The notes under the pieces: model-generated
Told to the model about the DNA's origin: nothing
What the model saw: the letters and a program-made list of their open reading frames with translations, nothing else
Database searches by the model: none
Assembly (NCBI GenBank): GCA_964551375.1
Contig: CAZKBG010000001.1
Coordinates: 777,329-809,328 of the forward strand
From: an uncultured archaeon
GTDB lineage: Archaea > Iainarchaeota > Iainarchaeia > Iainarchaeales > JAAZKV01
DNA length: 32,000 nucleotides
Reading direction: 5' to 3'
Program-made: the position numbers and the translations under genes
Shown here: positions 15,650-24,003 of the stretch, piece after piece
Numbering within the stretch: the stretch's first letter is position 1
Layout of the letters: each line of letters begins with the position of its first letter

Positions 15650-15663
15650 TTGCCTGCAGGCAA
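15650..15663. repeat. perfect 14-bp palindrome TTGCCTGCAGGCAA upstream of the acd promoter
   Basis: Read directly from the sequence. It lies 16 nt upstream of the TATA-like TTTAATA of acd and is GC-rich relative to the AT-rich spacer. Confidence 0.5.
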
Positions 15664-15678
15664 TATATCTGATTAAGC

Positions 15679-15685
15679 TTTAATA
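15679..15685 (+). promoter_or_regulatory. TATA-box-like element upstream of acd (leaderless arrangement)
   Basis: TTTAATA is centred about 25-27 nt upstream of ATG 15707. Confidence 0.35.
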
Positions 15686-15706
15686 CCCGAAGGGCTTAAT
15701 TTTGTA

Positions 15707-17752
15707 ATGCCAAAAAAACACAAGCATGATTTATCCAAACTGCTGAATCCAAAAAGCGTTGCGGTAATCGGAGCGTCAAATATTCCTGGAAAAGTGGGAT
15801 ATGCGCTTGTAAAAAATCTGATTGAAGCGGATTATTCAGGAGAAATTATTCCAATTAACCTGCATGAGAAAAAAGTCCAAGGAATCAATGCTTATGAATC
15901 AATTTCAAAAATAGCAAAAGCAGTTGACTGCGCGCTTATTGCGGTTCCCGCACAGTTTGTCCCGCAAATACTAAAAGAATGCGCGGATAAGGGAATCAAA
16001 AGCGCGGTAGTAATAACCGCTGGATTTTCAGAAACTGGGGAAGAAGGAAAAAAAATAGAAGAAGAAATGGCTAAAATAATTAAAGAACACCGCATGCTTG
16101 TAGTTGGACCAAATACGCTTGGAGTAATTAATACTGAAAACGGGTTTAACGGCTCATTTGCATCAACATTCCCCCAGCAGGGACACTTGGCAGTAGTTTC
16201 GCAATCAGGGGCTTTATGCACCGCAATGCTTGACTGGGCAAGGCAGGAAAAAATAGGATTCAGCAAATTTATTTCAACAGGGAACAAAACATTCCTAAAC
16301 GAAGCGGACTATTTTGAATACCTTGAAAACGATCCAAGAACAAAAGCAGTGTTTGTTTATATGGAATCGGTAAAAGACTCAAACACATTCTTAAAACATG
16401 CTGCAAAACTCGCAAAGAAAAAGCCAGTAGTTGTTATAAAATCAGGAAGATCAAAAGCAGGGCAAAAAGCAGCGTCATCCCACACAGGCGCAATGAGCGT
16501 GGATGATAATATTTTCTCAATCGCATGCAAAAAAGCAAATATTATTAGGCTTACCACAATTGAAAGCTTTTTTGACATGGCAAAGCTTTTGTCAAAATTA
16601 AAAAAAGTAAGCGGGTTTAAGCTTGCAGTTGTAACAAATGCTGGCGGGCCAGGAGTAATAGTTGCCGACGCTGCAGAAGCAAATAATTTCATGCTTCCTG
16701 CTTTTACAGAAAAAACAATCAATATTGTAAAAGAAATAAATCCGCATCCTTCAAATCCGCTTGACTTAATAGGGGATGCAAAGCCGATTGATTACAAAAC
16801 CGCCATAAAAACGCTTCAAGCGGACTCAAATGTGGATATAGTTTATGTGCTTCTAACTCCACAGAGCATGACAAATCCTGAAAGAGTTGCTGACATTATA
16901 GTTTCGCTCAACAAATCAAAGCAGATAATCTGCTCATTCATCGGCGGAACCAGCGTGGCCCATCCGCGAAGATACCTAAAAGAACACGGGGTTGTTGATT
17001 TTGAAACCCCTGAAAGGGGAATCAAAGCGCTTGCAAGATTATTTGAATACACCAAAAGAAAAGCTGTAAAGAAAAATTTTGAACAAAAAACCCATCCTAA
17101 AAAAGAAATTGGAAAGTCAATATTTGTAAAAAAACAAATGGATATGGAAGAATCATACAAGCTTCTTCATGAGTTTGGAATTAACACTCCTAAAACAGTA
17201 TTTTTTACGCACGCAAACGAACTTGAGCACCATAAAATCAATTTTCCGGTTGCTCTAAAAACAGCGACAGGATTTGCGCACAAAACAGACCATGGTTTAA
17301 TTAAAGTAGGAATACGCACAAAAGACGAGCTTGAAATTGAAGTTCATTTTATGCGTGAAAAGTCAAAACAGCTCGGAATTGAATCAAGATTTGCTATGCA
17401 GGAAATGGTAAGCGGACAGGAAGTGCTTGTTTCAGCAATAACTACTGAATTTGGAAAAGCAGTTACTTACGGACTTGGAGGGATATTTGTTGAAGTCACA
17501 AAAGACTTTTCACAAAAGCTTGCCCCCATAAACGATTCGGACATTGAAGAGATGCTTGAAGAGGTTAAAGGGACAAAAGTTCTTCACGGCGCAAGAACAA
17601 AAAAGAAATACGATATCGAGTCATTGAAAAAACTCATAAAAGCGCTTGCGCTGCTCGCCCAGACTTATCCTCAAATTAAGGAAATAGAACTAAATCCAGT
17701 TATTGTAACTGAAAACGGCTGTGTGGCTGTTGATGCTGTTGCGCTGATTTGA
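15707..17752 (+). CDS. acd: acetyl-CoA synthetase (ADP-forming), fused alpha-beta form (acetate--CoA ligase, NDP-forming)
   Basis: 681 aa. N-terminal CoA-binding domain (KSVAVIGASNIPGKVGY), a succinyl-CoA-synthetase-like domain with the catalytic His segment ASSHTGAM, and a C-terminal ATP-grasp-like part. Confidence 0.85.
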   Translation: MPKKHKHDLSKLLNPKSVAVIGASNIPGKVGYALVKNLIEADYSGEIIPINLHEKKVQGINAYESISKIAKAVDCALIAVPAQFVPQILKECADKGIKSAVVITAGFSETGEEGKKIEEEMAKIIKEHRMLVVGPNTLGVINTENGFNGSFASTFPQQGHLAVVSQSGALCTAMLDWARQEKIGFSKFISTGNKTFLNEADYFEYLENDPRTKAVFVYMESVKDSNTFLKHAAKLAKKKPVVVIKSGRSKAGQKAASSHTGAMSVDDNIFSIACKKANIIRLTTIESFFDMAKLLSKLKKVSGFKLAVVTNAGGPGVIVADAAEANNFMLPAFTEKTINIVKEINPHPSNPLDLIGDAKPIDYKTAIKTLQADSNVDIVYVLLTPQSMTNPERVADIIVSLNKSKQIICSFIGGTSVAHPRRYLKEHGVVDFETPERGIKALARLFEYTKRKAVKKNFEQKTHPKKEIGKSIFVKKQMDMEESYKLLHEFGINTPKTVFFTHANELEHHKINFPVALKTATGFAHKTDHGLIKVGIRTKDELEIEVHFMREKSKQLGIESRFAMQEMVSGQEVLVSAITTEFGKAVTYGLGGIFVEVTKDFSQKLAPINDSDIEEMLEEVKGTKVLHGARTKKKYDIESLKKLIKALALLAQTYPQIKEIELNPVIVTENGCVAVDAVALI

Positions 17753-17759
17753 TTTTGAT

Positions 17760-19238
17760 TTAGCTTTTTATCTGCCCGCCGCAGCAAGCCCGATTGTCGC
17801 TGTCAAAAAGACGAAGCTGTTCCCCCATTTTTGTCGGATAAGTGCCGTTAACACAGGCAAGACAAAGGGAATCTTTTGGTATTCCAATTCCTTTAACAAG
17901 TCCATCTTCGGTTTGATAAATCAAAGAATCAGCGCCGATTTCTTTTCTTACTTTTTCGATTATATCTTTGCTGCTCAAATTATCTTTTGCCGCAACAAGC
18001 TCCTTTCTTGTGCTCATATCAATTCCATAAAAGCATGGCCATTTAATCGGAGGGCAGGAAACTCGCACATGGATTTCTTTTGGCTTTCCGTTTGTTCTGA
18101 TAAAATCAATCATGCCCTTCATAGTCGTTCCGCGGACAATGCTGTCATCAACCAAAAATACTCTTTTTCCTTCAACGACCTGCCTGATTACTGTAAATTT
18201 ATCCTTAACCTTCTGCGCTCTGTCTTTTGATTCAATAAAAGTCCTTCCAACATACCTGTTTCTAATTAATCCCTCAACACAAGGAAGCTTCAGCACTTCT
18301 GCAAATCCTTCTCCAGCTGGACGGCTGGAATCAGGAACCGGAACCACAATGCAATCGGAAGAAATTTTCTGGGTCTCAAGTTTAGCAAGCTCCTTTCCAA
18401 GAGAATGCCGCGCTTTGTATACTAAAGTTGAATCAAGGACTGAAGCGGGGTTGGCAAAATAAACCCATTCAAAAAAGCAATGCGCTTTCTTTTTTTGATT
18501 TGAAAAACGCTCTATTCTAATGTTTCCTTTTTCTTTTATTATCATCTCGCCTGGCGCAAGATCTTTAATATCAGTAAATCCAATTGACTCAAGCGCAACG
18601 CTTTCGCTCGCAAAAGCAAGTTCATCGCCTCTTATTGAATAACATAAAGGGTGAAAGCCAAGCGGGTCTCGGGCGGCAATCAGCGTGCCGTTTGCGTCAA
18701 TGAAAGCAATATTATATGCCCCGTCAAGATTATCAGAAACTCGTTTAAAGATTTCAAGATAAGAATTTGACTCCTTAATTGCTTTTGAGAACAAGTGCAT
18801 AATTACTTCAGTATCCGTGTCGCGCACAAGATGATAATTATCTCTTTCAAGCCCCGCTTTGAGATCCGCATAGTTTGAGATATTTCCATTAAAGCAAAAT
18901 GAAAACCATTTATTTTTGTTGCCGTGAGTTCTTTCAAAAGGCTGGGCATAGCTCACATCATCAGGGCCGCTTGTGGCATACCTCACGTGCCCGATTCCGT
19001 CGCCTGAAGAATGCTCTTTTAACACCTGCGCAAACTTTTCCTTATTCTCTGAATGAAACGCTGTATTTACAGTTCCAAGCCTTCGATAAGTGTTAAGTCT
19101 CTGCAGCTCATTCTCATGAAAAGTAGTTATTCCTGCTGAAAGCTGGCCCCTGTGCTGAAGCTGGATAAGCATTTTGTATAAAAAAACGCCGGCATTATCC
19201 TTAACGCTAATTCCACAAATGCCGCATTTGTGATTCAT
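17760..19238 (-). CDS. purF: amidophosphoribosyltransferase (glutamine PRPP amidotransferase)
   Basis: Short propeptide MNHK, then CGICGI (Ntn class II amidotransferase Cys). GHVRYATSG, the PRTase loop VFLVDDSIVRGTTM, and C-terminal Cys residues (CPPIKWPCFYGIDM) consistent with the [4Fe-4S] type. Confidence 0.9.
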   Translation of the reverse strand: MNHKCGICGISVKDNAGVFLYKMLIQLQHRGQLSAGITTFHENELQRLNTYRRLGTVNTAFHSENKEKFAQVLKEHSSGDGIGHVRYATSGPDDVSYAQPFERTHGNKNKWFSFCFNGNISNYADLKAGLERDNYHLVRDTDTEVIMHLFSKAIKESNSYLEIFKRVSDNLDGAYNIAFIDANGTLIAARDPLGFHPLCYSIRGDELAFASESVALESIGFTDIKDLAPGEMIIKEKGNIRIERFSNQKKKAHCFFEWVYFANPASVLDSTLVYKARHSLGKELAKLETQKISSDCIVVPVPDSSRPAGEGFAEVLKLPCVEGLIRNRYVGRTFIESKDRAQKVKDKFTVIRQVVEGKRVFLVDDSIVRGTTMKGMIDFIRTNGKPKEIHVRVSCPPIKWPCFYGIDMSTRKELVAAKDNLSSKDIIEKVRKEIGADSLIYQTEDGLVKGIGIPKDSLCLACVNGTYPTKMGEQLRLFDSDNRACCGGQIKS

Positions 19239-19290
19239 CTATTATTATTCGTAAAGAAAGCAAATATAATATAATCGCCAGAGTCAGTTC

Positions 19291-19297
19291 TTTATAT
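19291..19297 (+). promoter_or_regulatory. TATA-box-like element upstream of dus
   Basis: TTTATAT is centred 27 nt upstream of ATG 19321, which would then be a leaderless start. The ORF-track start ATG 19309 would lie inside the promoter. Confidence 0.35.
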
Positions 19298-19308
19298 CTC
19301 TGCTATAA

Positions 19309-20274
19309 ATGCGTGTTAATATGAACAAAATTGGAAATCTAAAGCTGAAAGGAGAAGTATTTCTCGCGCCAATGGCGGATTATACAAATGTGGCATTTCG
19401 AGTGCTTGCCAAAGAATACGGCGCAGCGCTTGTTTATACTGAACTAATTTCCGCAAAAGCGCTGACTATGAAAAGCAAAAAAACAGAAAAAATGCTTCTT
19501 GTCGGGGAATCTGAAAAACCGGTGTTTTTGCAGCTTTTTGGGGCAAATCCTGTTGATTTTGAAAAAGCAATTGGCATGGTTGAGAAAAAATACCCTCTTA
19601 ATTTCGCGGGCTATGACTTAAATTGCGGATGTTCAGTTCCAAAAGCTCTCAAAGGCAAATATGGGTGCTCGCTGATGAACGACTCTCAAATTATAGGACA
19701 AGTTATTTCTTCAATGAAAAAAAGCACTGATAAACCAGTGACCATAAAAATGAGGCTGGGTCTTAAAGAAGAAACTTTTCTTGAAGTTGCGGAAGAAGCG
19801 GTTAATAACGGCGCTGAAGCAATAACACTTCACCCAAGGCTGGGGGAGCAAGGATATTCTGGAGATGCAAACTGGGAAAAAATTGCTCATTTAAAAAAAG
19901 CAGTTGATGTTCCAATAATCGGAAACGGTGATATAAAAAAACCTTCTGATGTTTTGGAGCTGAAAAAGAAAACCAACTGCGACTTTGAAATGGTGGGAAG
20001 GGCTGCAATTGGAAATGCTTTTTTCTTCAAGCAGGCAAACGAAGCAGTTAATGGAAAAGAAATATCCCAAAAAAAGCAAAGCGATGTTAAAAATGAAGGC
20101 TTGCGGTTTTTAGCCCTTGCAAAAGAATTTGGGCTCGGGGTAAATGACGTGCGTCCGTATTTTATCGGATTAAGCAAAGGACTAATCGGGGCTTCAGTTT
20201 TAAGAAACCGATTTGGGCTAAGCAAAACAATTGATGAAATTGAAGACTTTTTTTTAAAATATTTTGAAGATTAA
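19309..20274 (+). CDS. dus: tRNA-dihydrouridine synthase (Dus family flavoenzyme)
   Basis: VFLAPMADYTNVAFRVLAKEYGA, the conserved DLNCGC segment and the TIM-barrel-like pattern fit the Dus family. The start could be ATG 19321 (MNKIGNLKLKG) given the TATA position. Confidence 0.8.
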   Translation: MRVNMNKIGNLKLKGEVFLAPMADYTNVAFRVLAKEYGAALVYTELISAKALTMKSKKTEKMLLVGESEKPVFLQLFGANPVDFEKAIGMVEKKYPLNFAGYDLNCGCSVPKALKGKYGCSLMNDSQIIGQVISSMKKSTDKPVTIKMRLGLKEETFLEVAEEAVNNGAEAITLHPRLGEQGYSGDANWEKIAHLKKAVDVPIIGNGDIKKPSDVLELKKKTNCDFEMVGRAAIGNAFFFKQANEAVNGKEISQKKQSDVKNEGLRFLALAKEFGLGVNDVRPYFIGLSKGLIGASVLRNRFGLSKTIDEIEDFFLKYFED

Positions 20275-20350
20275 CTGGCAGTTTGAATGTTTAGTTTGAT
20301 TCTAAAAAATCGGCTTGCCAAGCCGGAGTTGGCAGTTAATCTGATTTAAA

Positions 20351-20560
20351 TTACATTTCAGGCGCATAAACAGTTCGTTCTGTCTTATGGGCTTTTTTAA
20401 CATAGCCTAATGATGATTCCTTCATCAATTTTTCGCATTTAGTCGAGCAGAATTTAACCGAAGCGTCAGCTGCCTCAAAGATTACTCCGCACCTTGCACA
20501 TAATTTCTTCATTTTCCCACCATCCACCGCCCCGCTACGGGCAATAATCTTTCTTATCAT
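20351..20560 (-). CDS. small zinc-ribbon protein (CxxC...FCSxKC, TRASH/FCS-like)
   Basis: CARCG-x13-CSTKC gives four Cys ligands. The internal start MKKLCARCG (nt 20512, 53 aa) is preceded by GGTGG about 5 nt upstream. A TATA-like TATTTTAAAG on the minus strand at 20565-20575 would place the TSS between the two candidate starts. Confidence 0.45.
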   Translation of the reverse strand: MIRKIIARSGAVDGGKMKKLCARCGVIFEAADASVKFCSTKCEKLMKESSLGYVKKAHKTERTVYAPEM

Positions 20561-20666
20561 AAGGGCTTTAAAATATGATTATTAGGCGCTTTTAGTCATG
20601 TATCGCATATTGTTGGACACAAGTTTTTCGGGTAAGCTTAAAAATAATAAATGCCTAAATAAAAGC

Positions 20667-21257
20667 ATGGTTGAATTAAGCGAATCAGCAAGAAAAATGG
20701 CAAAAGAAGCTGAAGAATGGGCTGAAAAACAGAAACTATTGCACATGTCCGAAATCAGCATTATTCTTGAATCATATGATTCGATATTTTCTGATTTTGA
20801 CCCACGAACTTATGCTCAAAGATCCCTTTCAGTGGATTTTTTAACTGAAATAAAGCGCGCAACAAGAGAAAACAAATCAGGAGTAATAGAGCTAAACCTG
20901 CTGATACCAGTTGAGAAAAAAAATGATGAAGTGGAGGCGAAAGTCCGAAAAAGGCTTCATGAATATTTTAGGAAACACTATGATATCACAAAAAGAGAAG
21001 TTGACGCAGTAAGAAGCAAAGGCGCAATAATGATAGGTGTTGGATTAAGTCTTTCAATGGTTGCCGCGGTTTTTGTCTACCCTACCGGATCAACTAATAT
21101 ATTAAATAATATAATTTTGGTGCTGATTGAACCTGCAGCATGGTTTACAATATGGGAAGGGGCGAACAAAGTTTTTGACACTTGGAGAGTGCTTGAGCCA
21201 GATCTTGAATTTTTTAGAAAAATGATAAAAAGCGAGATAACCTTTACAAGGTATTAG
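20667..21257 (+). CDS. hypothetical membrane protein: soluble N-terminal domain plus two C-terminal TM helices
   Basis: The ORF track starts at 20598. ATG 20667 (MVELSESARK...) follows an A/T-rich TATA-like tract (aaaaataataaa, about 20639-20650). Hydrophobic segments: GAIMIGVGLSLSMVAAVFVYP and ILNNIILVLIEPAAWFTIW. The stop is 1 nt before the next gene's ATG. No family recognised. Confidence 0.55.
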   Translation: MVELSESARKMAKEAEEWAEKQKLLHMSEISIILESYDSIFSDFDPRTYAQRSLSVDFLTEIKRATRENKSGVIELNLLIPVEKKNDEVEAKVRKRLHEYFRKHYDITKREVDAVRSKGAIMIGVGLSLSMVAAVFVYPTGSTNILNNIILVLIEPAAWFTIWEGANKVFDTWRVLEPDLEFFRKMIKSEITFTRY

Positions 21258-21258
21258 T

Positions 21259-23160
21259 ATGCAAAAAAAACTGCTGCTGCTCTTTCTGATTTTGCTCATT
21301 GCCTCAAGCGCGATGGCAAAGAGCTTCACATTCACAAATGTTGACATAAACTATGTTTTTTCCCCTGACTCAAGCGCGCAGGTGACAGAAAAGTTAACCT
21401 TTAATTTTGACGGCTCATTCAGCTTCGCATACAGGGATATTGAATTAAAAAACGGGCAAAGCGTAACTGATTTTTATGCGTATGAAGAAACCGGTGCACA
21501 ATTGATTCCGCTTATAGTTGAAGTTGAAGATACAATGGAAGGAGTGAGGGCAACATGGCACTACTCTGCTTCAAATGAGAAAAAAACATTTGTGCTCAAG
21601 TACAACTTAAAAGGCTCGGTTAATTCATATACTGATTCTTACGAATTTTACTGGAAACTTTGGGGCTCAAGCTGGGAAGCGCAGGTTGAATCATTCCGTG
21701 CTCAACTGACTTTCCCAAAATACCTTGCAGAAGGAACAAAAATCTGGATTCACCCAAAAATTGACGCAAGATACGAATGGAACGGGCCAGTTGTGGAAAT
21801 ATTCGCAAACAATATCCCCAGCGAAACATTTCTTGAAGCAAGAATACTATTCAATAAAGAAGTAATGAGCGGAGAATACGCCGTTCAAAAACAAATGAGC
21901 GGAATAACTGAAGTAAACAGAGACGAGGATTTATTTGCTGCAAGGGAAAAAGCAAATGAAGAACTCGCGGCATTAATGTGGATTGCTCCAGTTTTGTGCA
22001 TGCTGATACTCGCAGGGTCATTTATTTATTTTTATAAAAAACACGGAGTTGAACCAAATGTTAGAAAAATTCTTTACATGCGAGACATTCCGTCAGAGGA
22101 CAAACCTTATTTTGTTGATTATTTGGTGAATATGGGTGTGACTGAAAACGGACTCATAGCAACGCTTATTGATTTAGTAAGACGAAATCATATTCAAATT
22201 GAAAAAATTACTAAAGGGATGGTTTTCAAAAGCGATGATTTTGTGCTGACAAGAACAAAAGGAAATGATTCTCTTTCAAAACCTGAAGAAGAATTAATCG
22301 GGGAGTTATTTTACAACGGTGAGGAAACTCCGATTAAATTAAGCGAATTCACCGCGTACAGACGAACAATCACAACTTCACTCTTAACACAATGGGCTGA
22401 GTGGGTTGTGGAAGAACTTGGAATTAAAGGCGACAAAACCAAATACTTTAATTTTACTGGGCGAAACAACTTCATGATAATTTCAGTATTAATGATACTT
22501 GGAATTATTGCGATTGGATTTATTGCGGCGGGAGAAAATGCAATTCTCTTAATAATGGCGACTTTCATTATTGGAATGTTTTCAATAGTTATGGGAATAG
22601 GATTATTTGCAGTAAAAGGGCTTGCAAAAATTTACATAGTCGGTTTTATGCTTGTGTGGGGCGGAATGATGGGCTTTGGAGTTGGAATGGCCTTTCTTAC
22701 CGAACCAGGATTTGAAATATTAATGCCGCTTGTAATTGCGGAAATAATTTGCATATTATTTGTCACAAGCGCATTTTCAATGAAAGGAGTTCTTCCAAGC
22801 ATTCTGCCGGAGTGGGCGCAAAAACGCGAAGAATGGGAAGGCTTGCAAAGATTTCTTGACACTTTTGGGCAGATGAAAGAAAAAACAGTTCCTGAAGTGG
22901 TTCTTTGGGAAAAATATTTAGTATTTGCGGCAGTGTTTGGAAATACTGATAAAATTCTAAAACAATATTCTGAAAGCGTAAGCGCAGAACTTGCAAAACG
23001 CAGCACCACAATGACTGCATTCTCAAGCGCGGCAGTTTACTCAAGCTTTTCTTCAAGCATGAGCTCGGGATTTAATTCATCAGTTTCAGGCTCTGGCTCG
23101 GGCGGCTCAAGCGGGGGCGGCGGCGGAGGAGGAGGCGGCGGGGGCGGCGGAGCAGGCTAA
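21259..23160 (+). CDS. DUF2207-family membrane protein with poly-Gly C-terminal tail
   Basis: Signal peptide MQKKLLLLFLILLIASSAMA. The N-terminal ectodomain shows DUF2207-like blocks (VTEKLTFNFDGSFSFAYRDI, YEFYWKLWGSSWEAQVESFRAQLTFP). There are several TM helices, and the tail SGSGSGGSSGGGGGGGGGGGGGAG is typical of this family. Confidence 0.75.
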   Translation: MQKKLLLLFLILLIASSAMAKSFTFTNVDINYVFSPDSSAQVTEKLTFNFDGSFSFAYRDIELKNGQSVTDFYAYEETGAQLIPLIVEVEDTMEGVRATWHYSASNEKKTFVLKYNLKGSVNSYTDSYEFYWKLWGSSWEAQVESFRAQLTFPKYLAEGTKIWIHPKIDARYEWNGPVVEIFANNIPSETFLEARILFNKEVMSGEYAVQKQMSGITEVNRDEDLFAAREKANEELAALMWIAPVLCMLILAGSFIYFYKKHGVEPNVRKILYMRDIPSEDKPYFVDYLVNMGVTENGLIATLIDLVRRNHIQIEKITKGMVFKSDDFVLTRTKGNDSLSKPEEELIGELFYNGEETPIKLSEFTAYRRTITTSLLTQWAEWVVEELGIKGDKTKYFNFTGRNNFMIISVLMILGIIAIGFIAAGENAILLIMATFIIGMFSIVMGIGLFAVKGLAKIYIVGFMLVWGGMMGFGVGMAFLTEPGFEILMPLVIAEIICILFVTSAFSMKGVLPSILPEWAQKREEWEGLQRFLDTFGQMKEKTVPEVVLWEKYLVFAAVFGNTDKILKQYSESVSAELAKRSTTMTAFSSAAVYSSFSSSMSSGFNSSVSGSGSGGSSGGGGGGGGGGGGGAG

Positions 23161-23162
23161 AG

Positions 23163-23222
23163 TTTAGTTTAAAGATTAGTTTAAAGTTTAGTTTAAAGTT
23201 TAATCTAAAGATTAGTTTAACA
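23163..23222. repeat. five tandem copies of a 12-nt unit WTTAGTTTAAAG
   Basis: tttagtttaaag / attagtttaaag / tttagtttaaag / tttaatctaaag / attagtttaaca, read directly. They start 3 nt after the DUF2207 stop, in the convergent intergenic region. Confidence 0.7.
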
Positions 23223-23305
23223 AATAGTTTTAGTTTATTGGGTTAAGTTTTTTTATTTAGTTTTATTTTATAGCTTTTTATTTTTGGTTTAATTTTATCA
23301 AGCGT

Positions 23306-23926
23306 TTAATCTTCATCATTAATTCCAATCTGCTGATCAAGCTCTTCGGCTGTTCGCTTTAGCTGCGCAAAGATTCGTTCAACATCCTCTTCAATTTCTT
23401 CAATAGTCCTTTTCATGCTCCTGCTTCTTGAGGAATAAAATTTCCCGTTCTTTTCAATCAGCCCTGAGCGCTGCAAATTATTTAAGTGATTAATAGTCGC
23501 GCCCCTGCTCATCCCAACTCTTTCAGCTAATGCAGTGCTGCTTAACGCTTCTCCTTTTTCAGTGGCAAGAACTATTTCCTTAAACACCGCTGCAGCATTT
23601 TTCTCCTTATCAATCGGCTCAAAAAATCCAAGCGAAGAGCAAATCCATGCTAACTGATGCTCAAAATCTTCCCTAAAAGGTCTCTCAACTTTTCTAACAA
23701 CCACTTTGAATCTTGCTCTTCTTGTGGGAACATGCTTAACAGAGCCTTTCATGATTGGAAGAGAATGAAAATCTTCAATAAGACCGTTTGGGTTAATTTT
23801 AATCTCAATTTTTGAAACCTTTGGTTTTTTTAGCTTAGTTTTCTTATTTCTTAATTTTGCGAGCGGATTAGCTATTTCAGGCCTGTAAATATCAGGGTAA
23901 TTAGATTTTTGGCTGTTTTTTGCCAT
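23306..23926 (-). CDS. winged-helix DNA-binding transcriptional regulator (family not assigned), divergent from grpE
   Basis: 206 aa. HTH segment LSSTALAERVGMSRGATINHLNNLQRSGLIEKNGKFY. Basic N-terminus (KLRNKKTKLKKPK) and an acidic helical C-terminus (IEEIEEDVERIFAQLKRTAEELDQQ). Confidence 0.65.
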   Translation of the reverse strand: MAKNSQKSNYPDIYRPEIANPLAKLRNKKTKLKKPKVSKIEIKINPNGLIEDFHSLPIMKGSVKHVPTRRARFKVVVRKVERPFREDFEHQLAWICSSLGFFEPIDKEKNAAAVFKEIVLATEKGEALSSTALAERVGMSRGATINHLNNLQRSGLIEKNGKFYSSRSRSMKRTIEEIEEDVERIFAQLKRTAEELDQQIGINDED

Positions 23927-23974
23927 TAAACCACGCTTCTACAAGCTACATGAAAGGAAGTATTTAAAAAGACT

Positions 23975-24003
23975 TTGTTTAAATAAGATTGATATTGTTT
24001 AAA
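23975..24003. promoter_or_regulatory. direct repeat TTGTTTAAA x2 (20-bp spacing) in the divergent regulator/grpE promoter region
   Basis: TTGTTTAAA occurs at 23975-23983 and 23995-24003, with a third TTTAAA at 23963-23968. These could be TATA boxes, operator half-sites or both. Confidence 0.3.

Noticed and set aside
23098-23157. GC-rich GGN tract as a slipped-strand phase-variation switch.
   Set aside because: The tract is in frame, uses mixed ggc/gga/ggg codons rather than a pure homopolymer or perfect trinucleotide repeat, and encodes the poly-Gly tail typical of DUF2207 proteins.
23163-23222. CRISPR array or minisatellite-type mobile element end.
   Set aside because: The 12-nt units are contiguous with no spacers. 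No cas, transposase or integrase genes and no flanking inverted repeats were seen.
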